Part shown: in pieces, positions 51,731 through 64,000 of the stretch
Layout: the number at the start of each line of letters is the position of its first letter
Numbering within the stretch: position 1 is the first letter of the stretch
Source of the DNA: Trichinella spiralis
Taxonomy: Eukaryota
Length of the DNA stretch: 64,000 bases
Direction: 5' to 3'
Assembly (NCBI RefSeq): GCF_000181795.1
Contig: NW_003526944.1
Location: 2,407,434-2,471,433, forward strand
Position numbers and translations under genes: made by a program
The notes under the pieces: model-generated
Told to the model about the DNA's origin: nothing
What the model saw: the letters and a program-made list of their open reading frames with translations, nothing else
Databases searched by the model: none

Positions 51731-52152
51731 TTGACAAAATGTTCATGATATATTGAGGAAAAAGAGACATATATGCATGTGAAATTATTTTCTCATTTCA
51801 TAAATAGAAATTTTCAACGGAAAATCTGAAATAAGATAAACAATCCCGAAAAATAATCAATAACACCAATTGTAACGCTCTGAGCATTCACAAATTATTT
51901 ATTCTCAGTAACAGAGACACATCATTTGAAGCACCACTTCATCTCCAAACAAGCTCCCAGAAATATTACAACAGCAATACTAACAACAGCTACCTCACTT
52001 TTGTATACTGATTTTCAACTACAAAGTGCGCTGCATCAGCTGGAATGTACAAGCTAAACTTATTCACTTAACGTTCACAACTTACAGTTGAAGAACATAT
52101 AAACTAAATTTTAAAAGAAAAGCCAAAAATAGCAAGTATCATGCGCCCAGTT

Positions 52153-52166
52153 GTTACCATGACAAC
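52153..52166 (+). promoter_or_regulatory. X-box (RFX/DAF-19 binding site)
   Basis: GTTACCATGACAAC fits GTHNYY-AT-RRNAAC and lies ~60 bp upstream of the WDR35 ATG, the position typical for ciliary genes. Confidence 0.85.
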
Positions 52167-52225
52167 GTAAACGATTCATTCTTCATCAACACACTTTACC
52201 AGCTTTCACAGCACCATTATCCAAA

Positions 52226-55200
52226 ATGTTCACATACATAAGCAAAAAGGTGAGTTCCGAAAGTGGTTTTAAATTTCAAAATATTCAGCTTTCCTTAACG
52301 TTTCATAAAAAGAAAATTCAAGCATTTATTGGTTACACATTCATAAATAAATACTGCGAATGTTTTGTTTTGCTGATGTAGAAAAAAATTGTAATGTAAA
52401 TAAATAAGAATGAGATAGTATCCTGGTAGCTTGTATTTTAACAATTTCATGTTTTCGAAAAAGCCATTTCTTATAAGAGATAATTCTCTGAAATAACTGT
52501 CTCAGGACACGCTTTACAAAAACATTAAGCTATTAGCTTGCACTTTTATTACATAAACTTTTTTTAAAATTTTTACGAGATTTATTGCCGTCCACATTTT
52601 AAAATATTTTTTCCATTATATCAACATACTGTAAAATGTACAGTATGAATATTATTTAAGTAAAAAAAAGTTTAAATTTCCACAATAGCATAATTTAACA
52701 AACTTAATAGTGTACAGAATAGGCAAACGCATATGATTAATTCAGATTTCAATTCCCAACAATACGCAACTAATGTGCATCAGCTGGAACCATACGGACG
52801 ATTACATTGCTTGCGGAGGTGACCGTGGATTGTTGAAAGTAATTCAATTAAGTACATCAGCAAAGCAATTGGATAACACTGCCACGGGACAATCGGATGT
52901 TGCATTGAACCAAACTCTAGAAGGGCACAGCGGTACATCATGACCATGCAACAGTCCGCTCCAAAAGCATTCATTCTACATATGCCTTTCTGTTTTCTAG
53001 GTTCTATTAAAGTTATTGTGTGGAATGAAAAGCATCAAAAATTAACAACTGCAGATGATCGAGGTTATATTAATGTTTGGGTACTGCACAACGGTATAGG
53101 AATAATAAATCTTTGCTTCCTTTGTTTACGCATATTTATTGGAAAAATTGAGTCCAATTCAGGGGTTTGGTATGAAGAAATGATTAACAGTCGAAATAAG
53201 TCAACTGTAAATAGTATGAAATGGAGTAAAGATGGAAACAAAATTTGTATCGCTTATAATGACGGTATATGCATTAGTGCTGTTCATTTGTGTTGTTTTG
53301 TGCTCAATTATTGAAAGTTTTCCTACAGGTATGGTTATTGTTGGCTCCGTAGATGGAAATCGACTGTGGAGTGCAGAAATCAAGCACAGCATTGTCGCTG
53401 TCGAAGTAACAATAAACTCTCATAATATTAATAATCGAAAATATAAAATAAAAACAATTGTAAAATATGTGCATTTTTCCCTTTCCAGTGGTCTCCAAGA
53501 GATAAACTAATCCTTCTGGGTGCTTCAAGTGGAGAAATTTACGTTTACGATTGTAAAGGGAACTTCCAGGTAAAGTGATTTCGTCGATAAATTAAAGGGA
53601 AATACTGCTGAATAAAACAGTTTTACAGTCAAAGTTGAAAGTTCCTGTTGCACTGAATCATCTTGAAAATCAATACCTTGTAAGTATTCAGTGGTCAACA
53701 CCGAGATATGACTTGACTTTCGCATCTCAACAACGAAGTTTGGCAATCATCTTCCAGCAGGGCTACCTTCAGTTAATGCTGAATGAACGGGATAAGGGTA
53801 ATTATTTTTCATCTTACAAAAACTAAATTAACATGAAACAATTCTGTGGTAGAACCAGTCAGTGCCAATCTTCCTATTAGAGTGATTACGGCCAAGTGGA
53901 ATCCGTCTGGTACTGTATTGGCTCTTGTAGCTGAAAAGCCAGAACTTCCCACTGGTGAACGTAGCATGATCTATTTTATCAACTCTCTGGGGGAGGTTGG
54001 TGTTTTCCTCCTGGCTATTTTTCTTTTCTACTGTATCCAATTTTCAGCCTATACACACGCTCAAAGTACCCGGTACAGAAGCCAGAAGCTGCAGCTGGGA
54101 CAGCGCTGGCTTACGCCTAGTCATAGCCGCAGACTATTCAATAATACTAACCAATATTCGCATGGAGTACAAGGTGCAAAGAAAAATCCATTTCCATTTC
54201 AATTAACCGATGTTTAATCTTTTTCAGTGGAAATATTTCTCAGATACGGTTGTTTACAGTTTCATCAGTTCAGAAAGCAAAGATACTTGCATCGCTTTTT
54301 GGGATACAAAGTCGAACGAGGTTTTTTCTCAAAAAAAAACAAAAATTAAAATACCAAATGATTATCAATACAATAGCATATTTCAGGTTCATTTCAAACA
54401 TGTTAAAGAGTTGGATTTCATCGACGCATGCAAAGAGTACGCATTGATTGTGCACAGCTGTGAGAAAAACGCAAACAAAGTCAGGGAAAACAAAGTGTTT
54501 TCTTTTGTTTTTTTTTGAAAATTTCAATAATCTCATAAACATATTGCTTTTCGTTTAGTATTTTTTACAAGTATGTAAGGGAACAGGTAGCCCGGTAGAT
54601 TTCACAACCATCGATTGGCGTGTGCATTTCACCACAATGAATAATCGTTGTGTTGTCGTGGCGGATACGGATCGCTTCAGCGTCTGGTACTTCAAAACAA
54701 TTTCACAAGCAGATGAGTTGCAAACATTCTCTTTGCGCAAATCATCCAGACAATCAGAAAAGCGGATGTAAATAAATATTTCCCGTTTTCTATAACAATA
54801 ATAATCGTGGGAATTCTTTGTTTTGCAGAACTTATCAAATTGATAACGCTTCATTGGGTGCGGCAGTGGAATATACTGGACCACCTGATAAAGTAAGCTT
54901 ATTACGAAACAAAAGATTCTGAAACATCGTCTATTTCTGAAAAGTGCATCTTTCATACGGAACTTCTGTTGTGTAAAAGCATCCGTGTAAAAAATCGATA
55001 TAAATCACGATAAAGAAGTTGATAATAATTTTAACTAGAGAAACCTGCGGAAATAGAATACATAATTTATGAATGATAAATATTATTTCAGAAAACTGTC
55101 GACTCCATCTGCTGCATCCACGCTACTGACTCACTACTTCTTATTGTAAAAGCATACATCTAACTATTTATTGAATTATCTCTTTATAAATGTTAATTTT

Positions 55201-58200
55201 CATTTTAAGGCCAAAAAGTCAGGTCAATTGTGCAAATACAAATTTCCATCGTTGTTGGTACTGAAGCCAAGCAAACTGAAATCGAGACCAACAAAAATGA
55301 CACTAAATTGTACAAATACGTACGTTTGCACTGTTTCCACGTATGTAAGAACATTGTAAAAAGAGCAGCTTAACCACAATTAGGACACTGGCTTACATCG
55401 ACTCATCCCACGTGCTCCGCCTGTTCAGTTTGACAAATGACAGTAATGAAGTGGCCGGCTTTGAACGACGTGACGTATGGGATTTCAAATGGAGCACGGT
55501 AATATTTAACGTTCATCGTTTAATCCATCGTTATGTTAAAATTTATCGCTTGAATTTTAAGCTCGATCCAGAACTGCTTGCTGTGACAGAAAAAAATCGA
55601 TTATGCATTTTCAAAGGCACAAAAGCTCAAGTTGGACAATGCAATTTTAGCAAAGACATTTTATGTATGGATGATATTGCATTTTTGCAGGAGCCGATAC
55701 TTTTCAATGCTCGAATGTGCGAATTGAGTGACGTGGCGTTGCGTGCTATCTATTTGGACGATTTGATAAAAAATCAGAAGCCCAACAATGTCGATTATTT
55801 CTTAGAAATTAAAACACAAGTAAGCTTAAAACACCATTCTTCAACAAACTAATGCAAGATGCTTGTTGGTGTATACAATCGATCACTTTTGCAGCCTTTG
55901 CAAGTTGCAACTAATTTTGCAAAACAGAAACAATTACACGAACTTGCCTCTTTTGCCGAACAAACTGCACATCCAGCAATATGGTACGTTGAACCTGTTC
56001 AATTAGCATTCAAAATTCGCAATAATTATTCAAATATAAATTAACATCCAACACTCTGACTATTAGGATATAGAGTTTTTCAAATTGAAATGAACGCAAA
56101 AAAATTTTTCATTGAATATTATTCTGTGCGCATGTATTTGAAATTTATTAAGGAAATTACTTGCCGAAACAGCGATGCTAGAATGGAATTTCGAATTAGC
56201 CGAATTAGCCTTCATCAAGTTGCTCGATTACAACAGTATACAATTTCTGCGCACGTTGATCACAATTTCAGTAAGCATTTTTCTTTTTGGAGAAAAGAAC
56301 ATTTGATTTCAATATTCTATTCGCACTGATGAAAATCCAAACGAATAATAAATAATCTTATTGAACAGGACGAACAATTGAAACGGGCTGAAATTTTATC
56401 ATTTCTCGGTGACCTGGAACAAGCGGAAAAAATTTACATGAACAGCGATCGCATGTAAGCATTAGCCGATAGTTGAAACTGAAAACGTGTGTAAATAACA
56501 ACACCAGCGTTGTTTCAGTGATTTGGCAATTGGTTTAAATCAAAAATATGGAAACTGGACGCGCGTTGTAGAACTGCTGCGAGATGATGTTGGTGTAGAA
56601 AATGACACACGACTGGACCAAGCTTATAATGCAATTGGAGATCAAATGGCCGAACGGAACAACTGGGAACAGGCTGCTCATTATTACGAACTGGCACACG
56701 CGTCAGAAAAGCTCATACAAGCTTATTATTTATTGGACAGATTTGACGATCTCAGAAAGTTGGTCGATTCACTGACTGACTTCGATGGATTAAAAGTAAT
56801 TTTTTCTTTCTTAAATAATCCAATAAAAAAAATTGCCAGATGAATATTTTATCTTGTTGTTGTAGAAAACGGCCGTCCTGTTCTCCAGTGGTGGATTGTA
56901 CAATGAAGCAGAAGTTGCTCTTCTGAAGGTAAATTTGTGTTCAAGTGAAAAATGTTGGTGGTGAATTTTTGTTGAAAATTGTAAAAATTTCCCCATTTCA
57001 GTGCAAAGAATGTGAAAGTAATAATTTGGAAATGACCAATCTTTCGAAACAATTGACCAAATTATTCAAATCGCACACCCAATATCAAATCGTTGAACAG
57101 TCGAATGAGATAACCGCTAGCAAAAATATTGCCCAAGTAGTTGATGCGGTTCGGTCGTGTCAAAAAGCTGGTCGATATTTGGAAGCGGCAAAATTGCTCC
57201 ACCAAGTAAATAAAATCAACGGAAAATATTCTCAATTTTCTTCCCTCCCAAACTTATTATGCTCAGTTTAATATGAACATAAATTCTACATCACTTGCAG
57301 TTGGCAAAAACCGACACCGTCAAAACGAGCGGGCTGTCAATTATGAAACAGATACACGTTTTGGTTGCCCTGCTAATCGAAGAGCATAAAAAAAGGCTAA
57401 AGCTAAAGCAAAGCTCAAAAAAAGACAAAGACAAAACAAACAATGCCATTCTGAGCGATTTGCTTGAAGATGAGAACAAGTTTGAAAATTCAAATCTGAT
57501 CGAAAATGCCTGGAAAGGAGCAAAAGCGTACCATTTCTACACTCTCGGACAACGATTCCTTTACAATGGTAAGCAAAAAAAACAGAAAAATTTTCCTCTT
57601 ATCCTCATTCAACATTAGGTGATTTGCATACTGCACTCAAAATAGCAAACTATCTGTGCAATTTTGAAGACATCATAAATCCTGTAGAAATTTACAGTTT
57701 TCTAGGTAAAGCAATCAATTTTGAAAAAAAACTATTCATAATAAGAACGTTTAAAAAATTAATACAAATTTTTCAGCCTTAACAAGCGGCCATTGCGGAC
57801 AGTTTGCTACGTGCAGCAAAGCTTTCGTAAAGTTGGAAAAGTTGACGTCATCGAATGATACTTTCGCAGGAGAAAATGAATACGAAAATTTAGCCTTTCA
57901 AATTTTCAAAGAGTGAAATTTTATCGGTAAAACTGCTATACTTATCATAAAATAATACATCTGTTTAGACATGCAGTAAAAGATTCGATTCAAGACACAT
58001 TCCCATGTCCAACTTGCTCATCAGAAATTCCCTTACATCATACTGTATGCAGTAACTGTGATCACTCGTTTTCGTTGTGCATGGTTAGTGGAAAAACACT
58101 GTTAGAACCATCAGAAATTTGGACTTGCAGAAGATGCTGCCAATTGGCTGATAAAAAATCAATATCTGACTTTTCGATATGTGTACTCTGCCACAACATA

Positions 58201-58209
58201 AATGACTGA
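52226..58209 (+). CDS. WDR35: WD repeat protein 35 / IFT121 (IFT-A subunit), multi-exon
   Basis: [94 protein letters not shown] and the C-terminal Cys-rich finger. Confidence 0.95.
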
Positions 58210-58599
58210 TTTAAACAATACGTACCATCATATTTACACTTGTTCAAGATTTATGAATTGATCGAAACTTCAATGTTACTATAAATATTATTAAGTAAAA
58301 AACACATTATAAGTTAAATGATTAATTAACTGATTAAAGTAATTAACCGAAAAAAATACAAGATACGCTTGGTGGCCAAAACTATATGAGTGAATGGATG
58401 ATAATCCTAGAGTCTGCATATGGAATCAATCATCAGTAAATATTACGAATGCTCAGTATAAACAAGCGAAACCTGAATTTGCATTAACTTAAATGCTAAA
58501 TATTACAAAAGACCATTATCCTAAAAGAATTCAGAACATGTCACAAATAGCTGCGTAAAAATTTAAGTTGGCTGAAGCTGCTAAGCTGAAAAACAACAA

Positions 58600-58970
58600 C
58601 AACACAACGAAACACACAAAAAAGTAAAAAGCCCAAATGGTGAGTAGCACTATGAACAAACAAACAACAGTGAATGAAACTTAAGACTAAAACAATCCAC
58701 AAAAATGTCAGCAAAGCATATTAACAGGCAAGAGGATAAAATTAATATAATTATCATCTATGAAGTAAAACATAAAGTAATTATTTTAAACTGAACTTCA
58801 TAAATTGATGTGGATAACAAATTATTTCACCATAACCAGTAATTTTGCCTCATGGAAATTTATTTCAGAATACGAAGATGAAAAGTTTATCTCTCATAAT
58901 TACATCGCGGAAAGTTTATCAATTTATACCTGTAAATCAACTTCACTGTAAACATATACAAAACCTAAAT
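58600..58970 (+). repeat. Diverged direct repeat, copy A (paralogous to 63650-64000)
   Basis: Shared ttatttcagaatacgaa.atg.aaa.tttatctct and caatttatacctgtaaatcaacttcactgtaa.cat.tacaaaa. Confidence 0.8.
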
Positions 58971-59388
58971 TATTATCAACAGAATCTCATATTATTTCAA
59001 GAATTACACGCAACGCAGTTTCACTTAGCAAAATAAAATTCCCAAAATATATGTTACGTAATAAATATATAAGTTCAGCTTACCAAGAAATGCTATTACA
59101 CCAACGTGGTTCACATGTTAGTAGAAAATATCCACAATTCCAATTATCACATCATCAGCATTCGCAGGCATAACATTAACACAAACCATTTCCATTTCCC
59201 ATTTCTTGTATATGTAAACGATAGTTTTTTCTAAAAAAAAGTTCTGCAATTCATTTATTCACATAATTCTAAACAGACAAAATATTACATAAGCAGTTTT
59301 ATAATTATGCAGGTCTTCTACAAATTATATGATGAACAATATTATAAATACAAAATAGTATTCATAATAATATTTCCCATTCAGAAAG

Positions 59389-59399
59389 AAAAATAAAAA
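59389..59399 (-). terminator. RNA polymerase III T-run terminator of tRNA-Sec
   Basis: TTTTTATTTTT on the minus strand begins 3 nt after the discriminator base. Confidence 0.7.
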
Positions 59400-59402
59400 T
59401 CT

Positions 59403-59489
59403 CGCCCATGAGGTGGAATCGAACCACTTCGGCTATTAACCGACTACAGATTTGAAGTCTGCACTCTGACCATCAGAGTTCACACGGGC
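59403..59489 (-). tRNA. tRNA-Sec (selenocysteine), anticodon UCA
   Basis: GCCCGTGTGAACTCTGATGGTCAGAGTGCAGACTTCAAATCTGTAGTCGGTTAATAGCCGAAGTGGTTCGATTCCACCTCATGGGCG: 9/4 acceptor/T-stem fold, long D stem, anticodon loop CUUCAAA, long variable arm, G discriminator. Confidence 0.96.
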
Positions 59490-60898
59490 AACTGAAATTT
59501 GTCAAATTTTCGAATATATATGCAAATGAATTTCGTTCATAAAAAGGAACAAGAATAGCTGTTATAACATGAAAAAAATGAAAAATGCATCGATTGTTAT
59601 AATAAATAGACACTGAAAAAAATAAATAATCTTGGAATTATGGAAAATGCTAGTTACAACAGAAACATATACTAACGCCAATCTAAACTTCTACAAATAT
59701 TTTTTGAGAAAACTAATTTACTGTATGCAATGCATTTTTATTATTATTCATTATTAGTTTCTGCTCTACTGGGTAAATACTGATGATGCTGCGTGAAACA
59801 ATTTTATTTATTACAAAGAATATGTTGAACTTTTGCGGATTAGCAAAAAACCATACCATCAAATATATGAATATGAATTCATCGATAGTAATTTCACTGA
59901 TATTTGATGTTGAAAACCAATTGGATTGCGAAAATGATAATTCTGTTTTTCTTTATTTTCAAAAAATGATATTTCGTAGTTTACATAAGTACTAATTATC
60001 AAATGTTAATACTCATTACACACTGTATTATACTGTATTGTCCATTATCGTATACTTATCATTATTACTTATTATTGAATATGTAGTTACTAATTGATAT
60101 TATTTGCATTTTCACGTAGAATACGTTTTGTTGAATGATTAATTAATTTTCATTTTCTCTTTTTTAAAATTAACACTTTAATGATGAGTAATAAATTTTC
60201 AAGTGGATTTTTTCAATTATCTGACACTGCCGACAACGAGCGGAATTTAATTTTACCTACAGAAATGAGTACTACAAATAACAATTTCGAAGCTCAGTGA
60301 AATTTATTAACTCTGTGTAAGACCAAAAATTAAAGCATTCATTAGCAGTAGTAGTAGTAGTATATTTATTGATCCTTTGGCAGTGCATGTTTAATTGGAA
60401 ATGGATTTTGCTTATACTTTTTCAAAGGGCAAAGTTGAAATAGTTTCCACTACAGTGGTGTTTTAATTTAAACTGAAATTCATTTAAACTTCTTTAGCTA
60501 AGTTGTAATTACAACCCTGGCCATCCCCTCTGGAAAATCGTATAATACATTGTGATTGAAGTTCAGCATTTAATGCAGATTTTGATTTCATCAATCGTAC
60601 GTTTCGAAACAACAATTTTTGGAATACATCACTTATAAAGTATACAGTGATGGAATACATTGCTGCTTAAAGTACATTCTAATGTATACATAAGCACAAA
60701 ACGGTAAATTTCTCAACATTTCACATTCGACAACGTTTCAACTTCTGGGCCATTTGATTGAAGAAAATAACAATTATAAAATAACCTGCATTTTTTACAG
60801 TAAACTACATAAATGAAAGGAATAAACTAAATCATAAATATAAAGTAATGTAACCGGAAGAAAACAAGGCAATGCAGGTTATGTGAATGATTTAAATT

Positions 60899-62469
60899 TT
60901 AAACGACATCACCATCGTACTTAGATCGAAAATGACGCAACGACTTAAAAGAACTTCTTGCCTGGGAAAAATGTGTGTTCAAATTGTGACCAACGTCTTT
61001 TTTTATATGAAAGCAAAATTGAAGCAAGTAAACAAGCAGATGAACAAAAGACATCAAGCTGCATCCTAACCAAAGACCAACCTGCCCACCGATGCCGCCA
61101 ATAACCATTTCCAGAGTTAGTACAGTCTTTTCTTCAATCTAAATGATATTTGAATTTTCATCAAATTTAAAAATACTCCATCATTCCTGTTACATTTGAA
61201 AATAATTAATTTTTCTTAGAAATAAGAAGCAAAAAATAGATATATGTATATATAATAAACCTTCTCAATAATAAAATTCGGATATGCCATAATGATTGTA
61301 AGTTGGTGCTCTTGCTCTTTTGATTTACACTTCAAGCATTGCGCAGAAGGTTGGTTAAATTTTCTCTTCGGGCTTAATCCCATAAATGTGACAGTGCGAT
61401 CAAAGCGAGTTTCATAGCACAACGGTTGGCAATCTTTCTGACAATCGTTGATCAACTGCTCAATGGTCACGTTCCTTGTCGAAAGCAAGCGTTCATTGCA
61501 TTTGAAAAGTTGAAGCGGTGTACAAATGTTAGTCATATTTTTGAAATTGGTTTCGGAAAAATGAGCATCCAAACAACCACATTCGGCCAATGTTTGCTTG
61601 TTGTTGCACAAGAAATAACAGCTCGCTGAAGAGGAGACCGAATCCGACGTCAAACAGCCGCCTTTCCTGCTTTCCAGGCGTTCGTAGACAACGACCGACA
61701 AGCCAAGCTGCAGAACTCCATTCATGGATGAAGCCAACGTATGCAAATTAGAATGCCAGGACGGATGGCCAATTTCGAAGGCGAATGCTTCTACAAAACC
61801 AGAATGGTATCTCATGCCATTGTACAAATGTTCCTTGGGTGGAATGGTCACTTTGAATATTAAGCCGCCATCCATTCCAGGTACGTTCTGCGCGAATCGG
61901 CGAAGACTTATACAAGTTCCCGTATAGGGATGCGCGATTATCCTGGATTGTTGACAAATGTGAGGCTGGTTCGAAATCGTACCCAAATCTTCACAAGTGA
62001 AACTCACTTGACGCAATATCTGGTCAAATGTAAAGTTTCTGAATTTCAAAAAATTCACCAACTCCATCTCAGTTGAATTATGCATATTTTTCAAGCAACG
62101 TAGACGCCACTTTGCAGGCAAAAAGTTACAAATGATAAAATCTGACAACTCTTCGGAAATGTTCATCATTTTCAATTTAGTCACGTTTGGTCCACCCAAA
62201 TGGCAGATGGCCAAGTTGGGCAGCAACATGCTGTTGTTCCACTCGGTCGTGAATGATGTCGCTATTGGATTTTCCATATAACTGGCAATCGTTTTCACCG
62301 AAAAATATACTGACGTGAACGCGGCCGAGATGAACAATAATGTCCAGAGGGTCCTTTCGCATGGCTCTTTGGAATAATGTATATTGCGCAAACCTTCGAA
62401 TGAGGTCGTTTCCAAAAATTGAATCCACGAAAACTTTAGCACTTTCTTCTTAGCGCTATTTCGTCGCAT
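60899..62469 (-). CDS. Degenerin/ENaC (ASIC-like) channel subunit, two exons (62469-61261, 61139-60899)
   Basis: FLETTSFEGLRNI, TM1 RTLWTLLFIS, LPNLAIC, Cys-rich thumb CQKDCQPLC, TM2 IGGQVGLWLGCSLMSF. Confidence 0.93.
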
Positions 62470-63649
62470 TCTTGACGTTAAAATCAAACCAGAAATATGT
62501 ATTTAAAAATCTTGCTTCATCAGTGAATAACAGATGAACAATTTATTTATCAGAACAACGACCACAGATTGTAAATTTCTCTCCCAAGATAAAAATACCA
62601 ACCAATCTGAGTATCAGCTAGATTAAATGTTTTTTTCGTGCTCGCTGCTCTTATCAAAGGTTTAGATTGTATTAATTAATTCTTCCACTGACTTTGAGAA
62701 CTATACTTGTCAAGATTAATTTTCCAGTGATCATATAAATTCACATTTCAATTAAACTTGAGTAACAACATGAATAACGGTGGTTGCTATATCTGCTGTT
62801 TATTAATTTCTCTCTTCAACATGAATTATCATGAACTGGAAAAATAAGCAGATAACAGCAGATAGCCCACAGTTCAGTTGATAAATTTAACAATGAAAAG
62901 TAGATTTCCTTTTAAAATATGATTTTAAGCTAAATATGCTATTACTAGAATTTGCAAAAACATTTGCAAATCTTCTTGGATGAACACGTCAATTACAGAA
63001 AGTATCACACTAAGAGAAGTTGACGAGCATAGCGAGAGTTGACGACTTTGCAAAAGTCAGCACAAAAACACTTTGCGTGGGTATTTCTATTTAACAAGTT
63101 ATTGCATGGTATGAAGAGCATGAAAAATTAACAACTTCATATAATCAATATTACATTAACTGTACAACAGTATTGAAATAATAATCAAAGCTTTCGTTAT
63201 TCACACACAAGTAAACGTGTGTGCAATTCAAGCACATGGTATGTAAAAATCAATAATTAATAAAAATGAAAATGAACTAGAAAACTCAACGCAGAACAAA
63301 AATGGGCGAGGGAAAGAGAATTAGTTTAAAAAATGACTATAAAACAAAACATAAATTAGAAGTTAATTTATTAACTTTTAACATTAATTAGCCAAAGAAA
63401 ACTTGAAAAAGCTCGGTGACTAAAATTGTACATGTACATATTTGGAAAAATTAGGTATCCATGATATGGAATAATGTGTCAGTAAATATTGCAAATACTT
63501 AGTGCAGACAAGCGAAACGCGTTTCTATGTAGGAATGTTAAATACCACAGAAAGAACGGTATCCTACAACCGACAATTGCAATAACTAACAATAGAACGC
63601 AAAAAAATTGAATGTGAATCTAACTATTAAGTTAAAAACAGCAACCACA

Positions 63650-64000
63650 CTATGAAACACACATAAAAAGTAAAAAACCAAAATGATGAAACACAGAAAA
63701 AGCAGATAAACTGCAGAGAATGAAAATAGATATTGCAACACAAAAAAGTAACAGCCAAGCATATGCACAAGTTAGATGATAAAATGGCAGAACTCAGTAG
63801 AAAAATCATCTAGGAAATAATACATAAAGTCATAATTTTAAACTGGATAATAATTTATTCCACCCTAACTTGAGCTTTATTCACTCCAACTGTTGTCAAA
63901 ACTTATTTCAGAATACGAAAATGGAAACTTTATCTCTAATAATGGGAAGTTTTTCAATTTATACCTGTAAATCAACTTCACTGTAAGCATTTACAAAATC
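63650..64000 (+). repeat. Diverged direct repeat, copy B (runs off the window end)
   Basis: Aligns by eye with 58600-58970 at an offset of ~5.04 kb. Confidence 0.8.

Overview
AT-rich, gene-dense animal genomic DNA with many short GT-AG introns and two 10-N scaffold gaps. Gene content and style suggest a clade I nematode such as Trichinella (inference). Genes in order: EVI5-like TBC RabGAP (5' part, -), intronless ADO (+), MED24 (+), PLEKHD1-like (+), Ig/FN3/DB-module membrane protein (-), TSC1/hamartin (+), WDR35/IFT121 with an upstream X-box (+), selenocysteine tRNA (-) and a DEG/ENaC channel (-). The most unusual structure is a ~19-kb interrupted palindrome (~9.8-28.9 kb). It has 4.2-kb diverged inverted arms and an antisense, intron-containing MED24 fragment at its right end. 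Its centre holds a ~224-bp palindromic satellite flanked by inward-facing splice-donor arrays, plus an intronless CpG-rich gene. That gene is a CNOT1 connector-region fragment fused in frame to an unrecognised, CpG-poor tail. All protein identifications come from motif recall, not database searches, and identity estimates are by eye.
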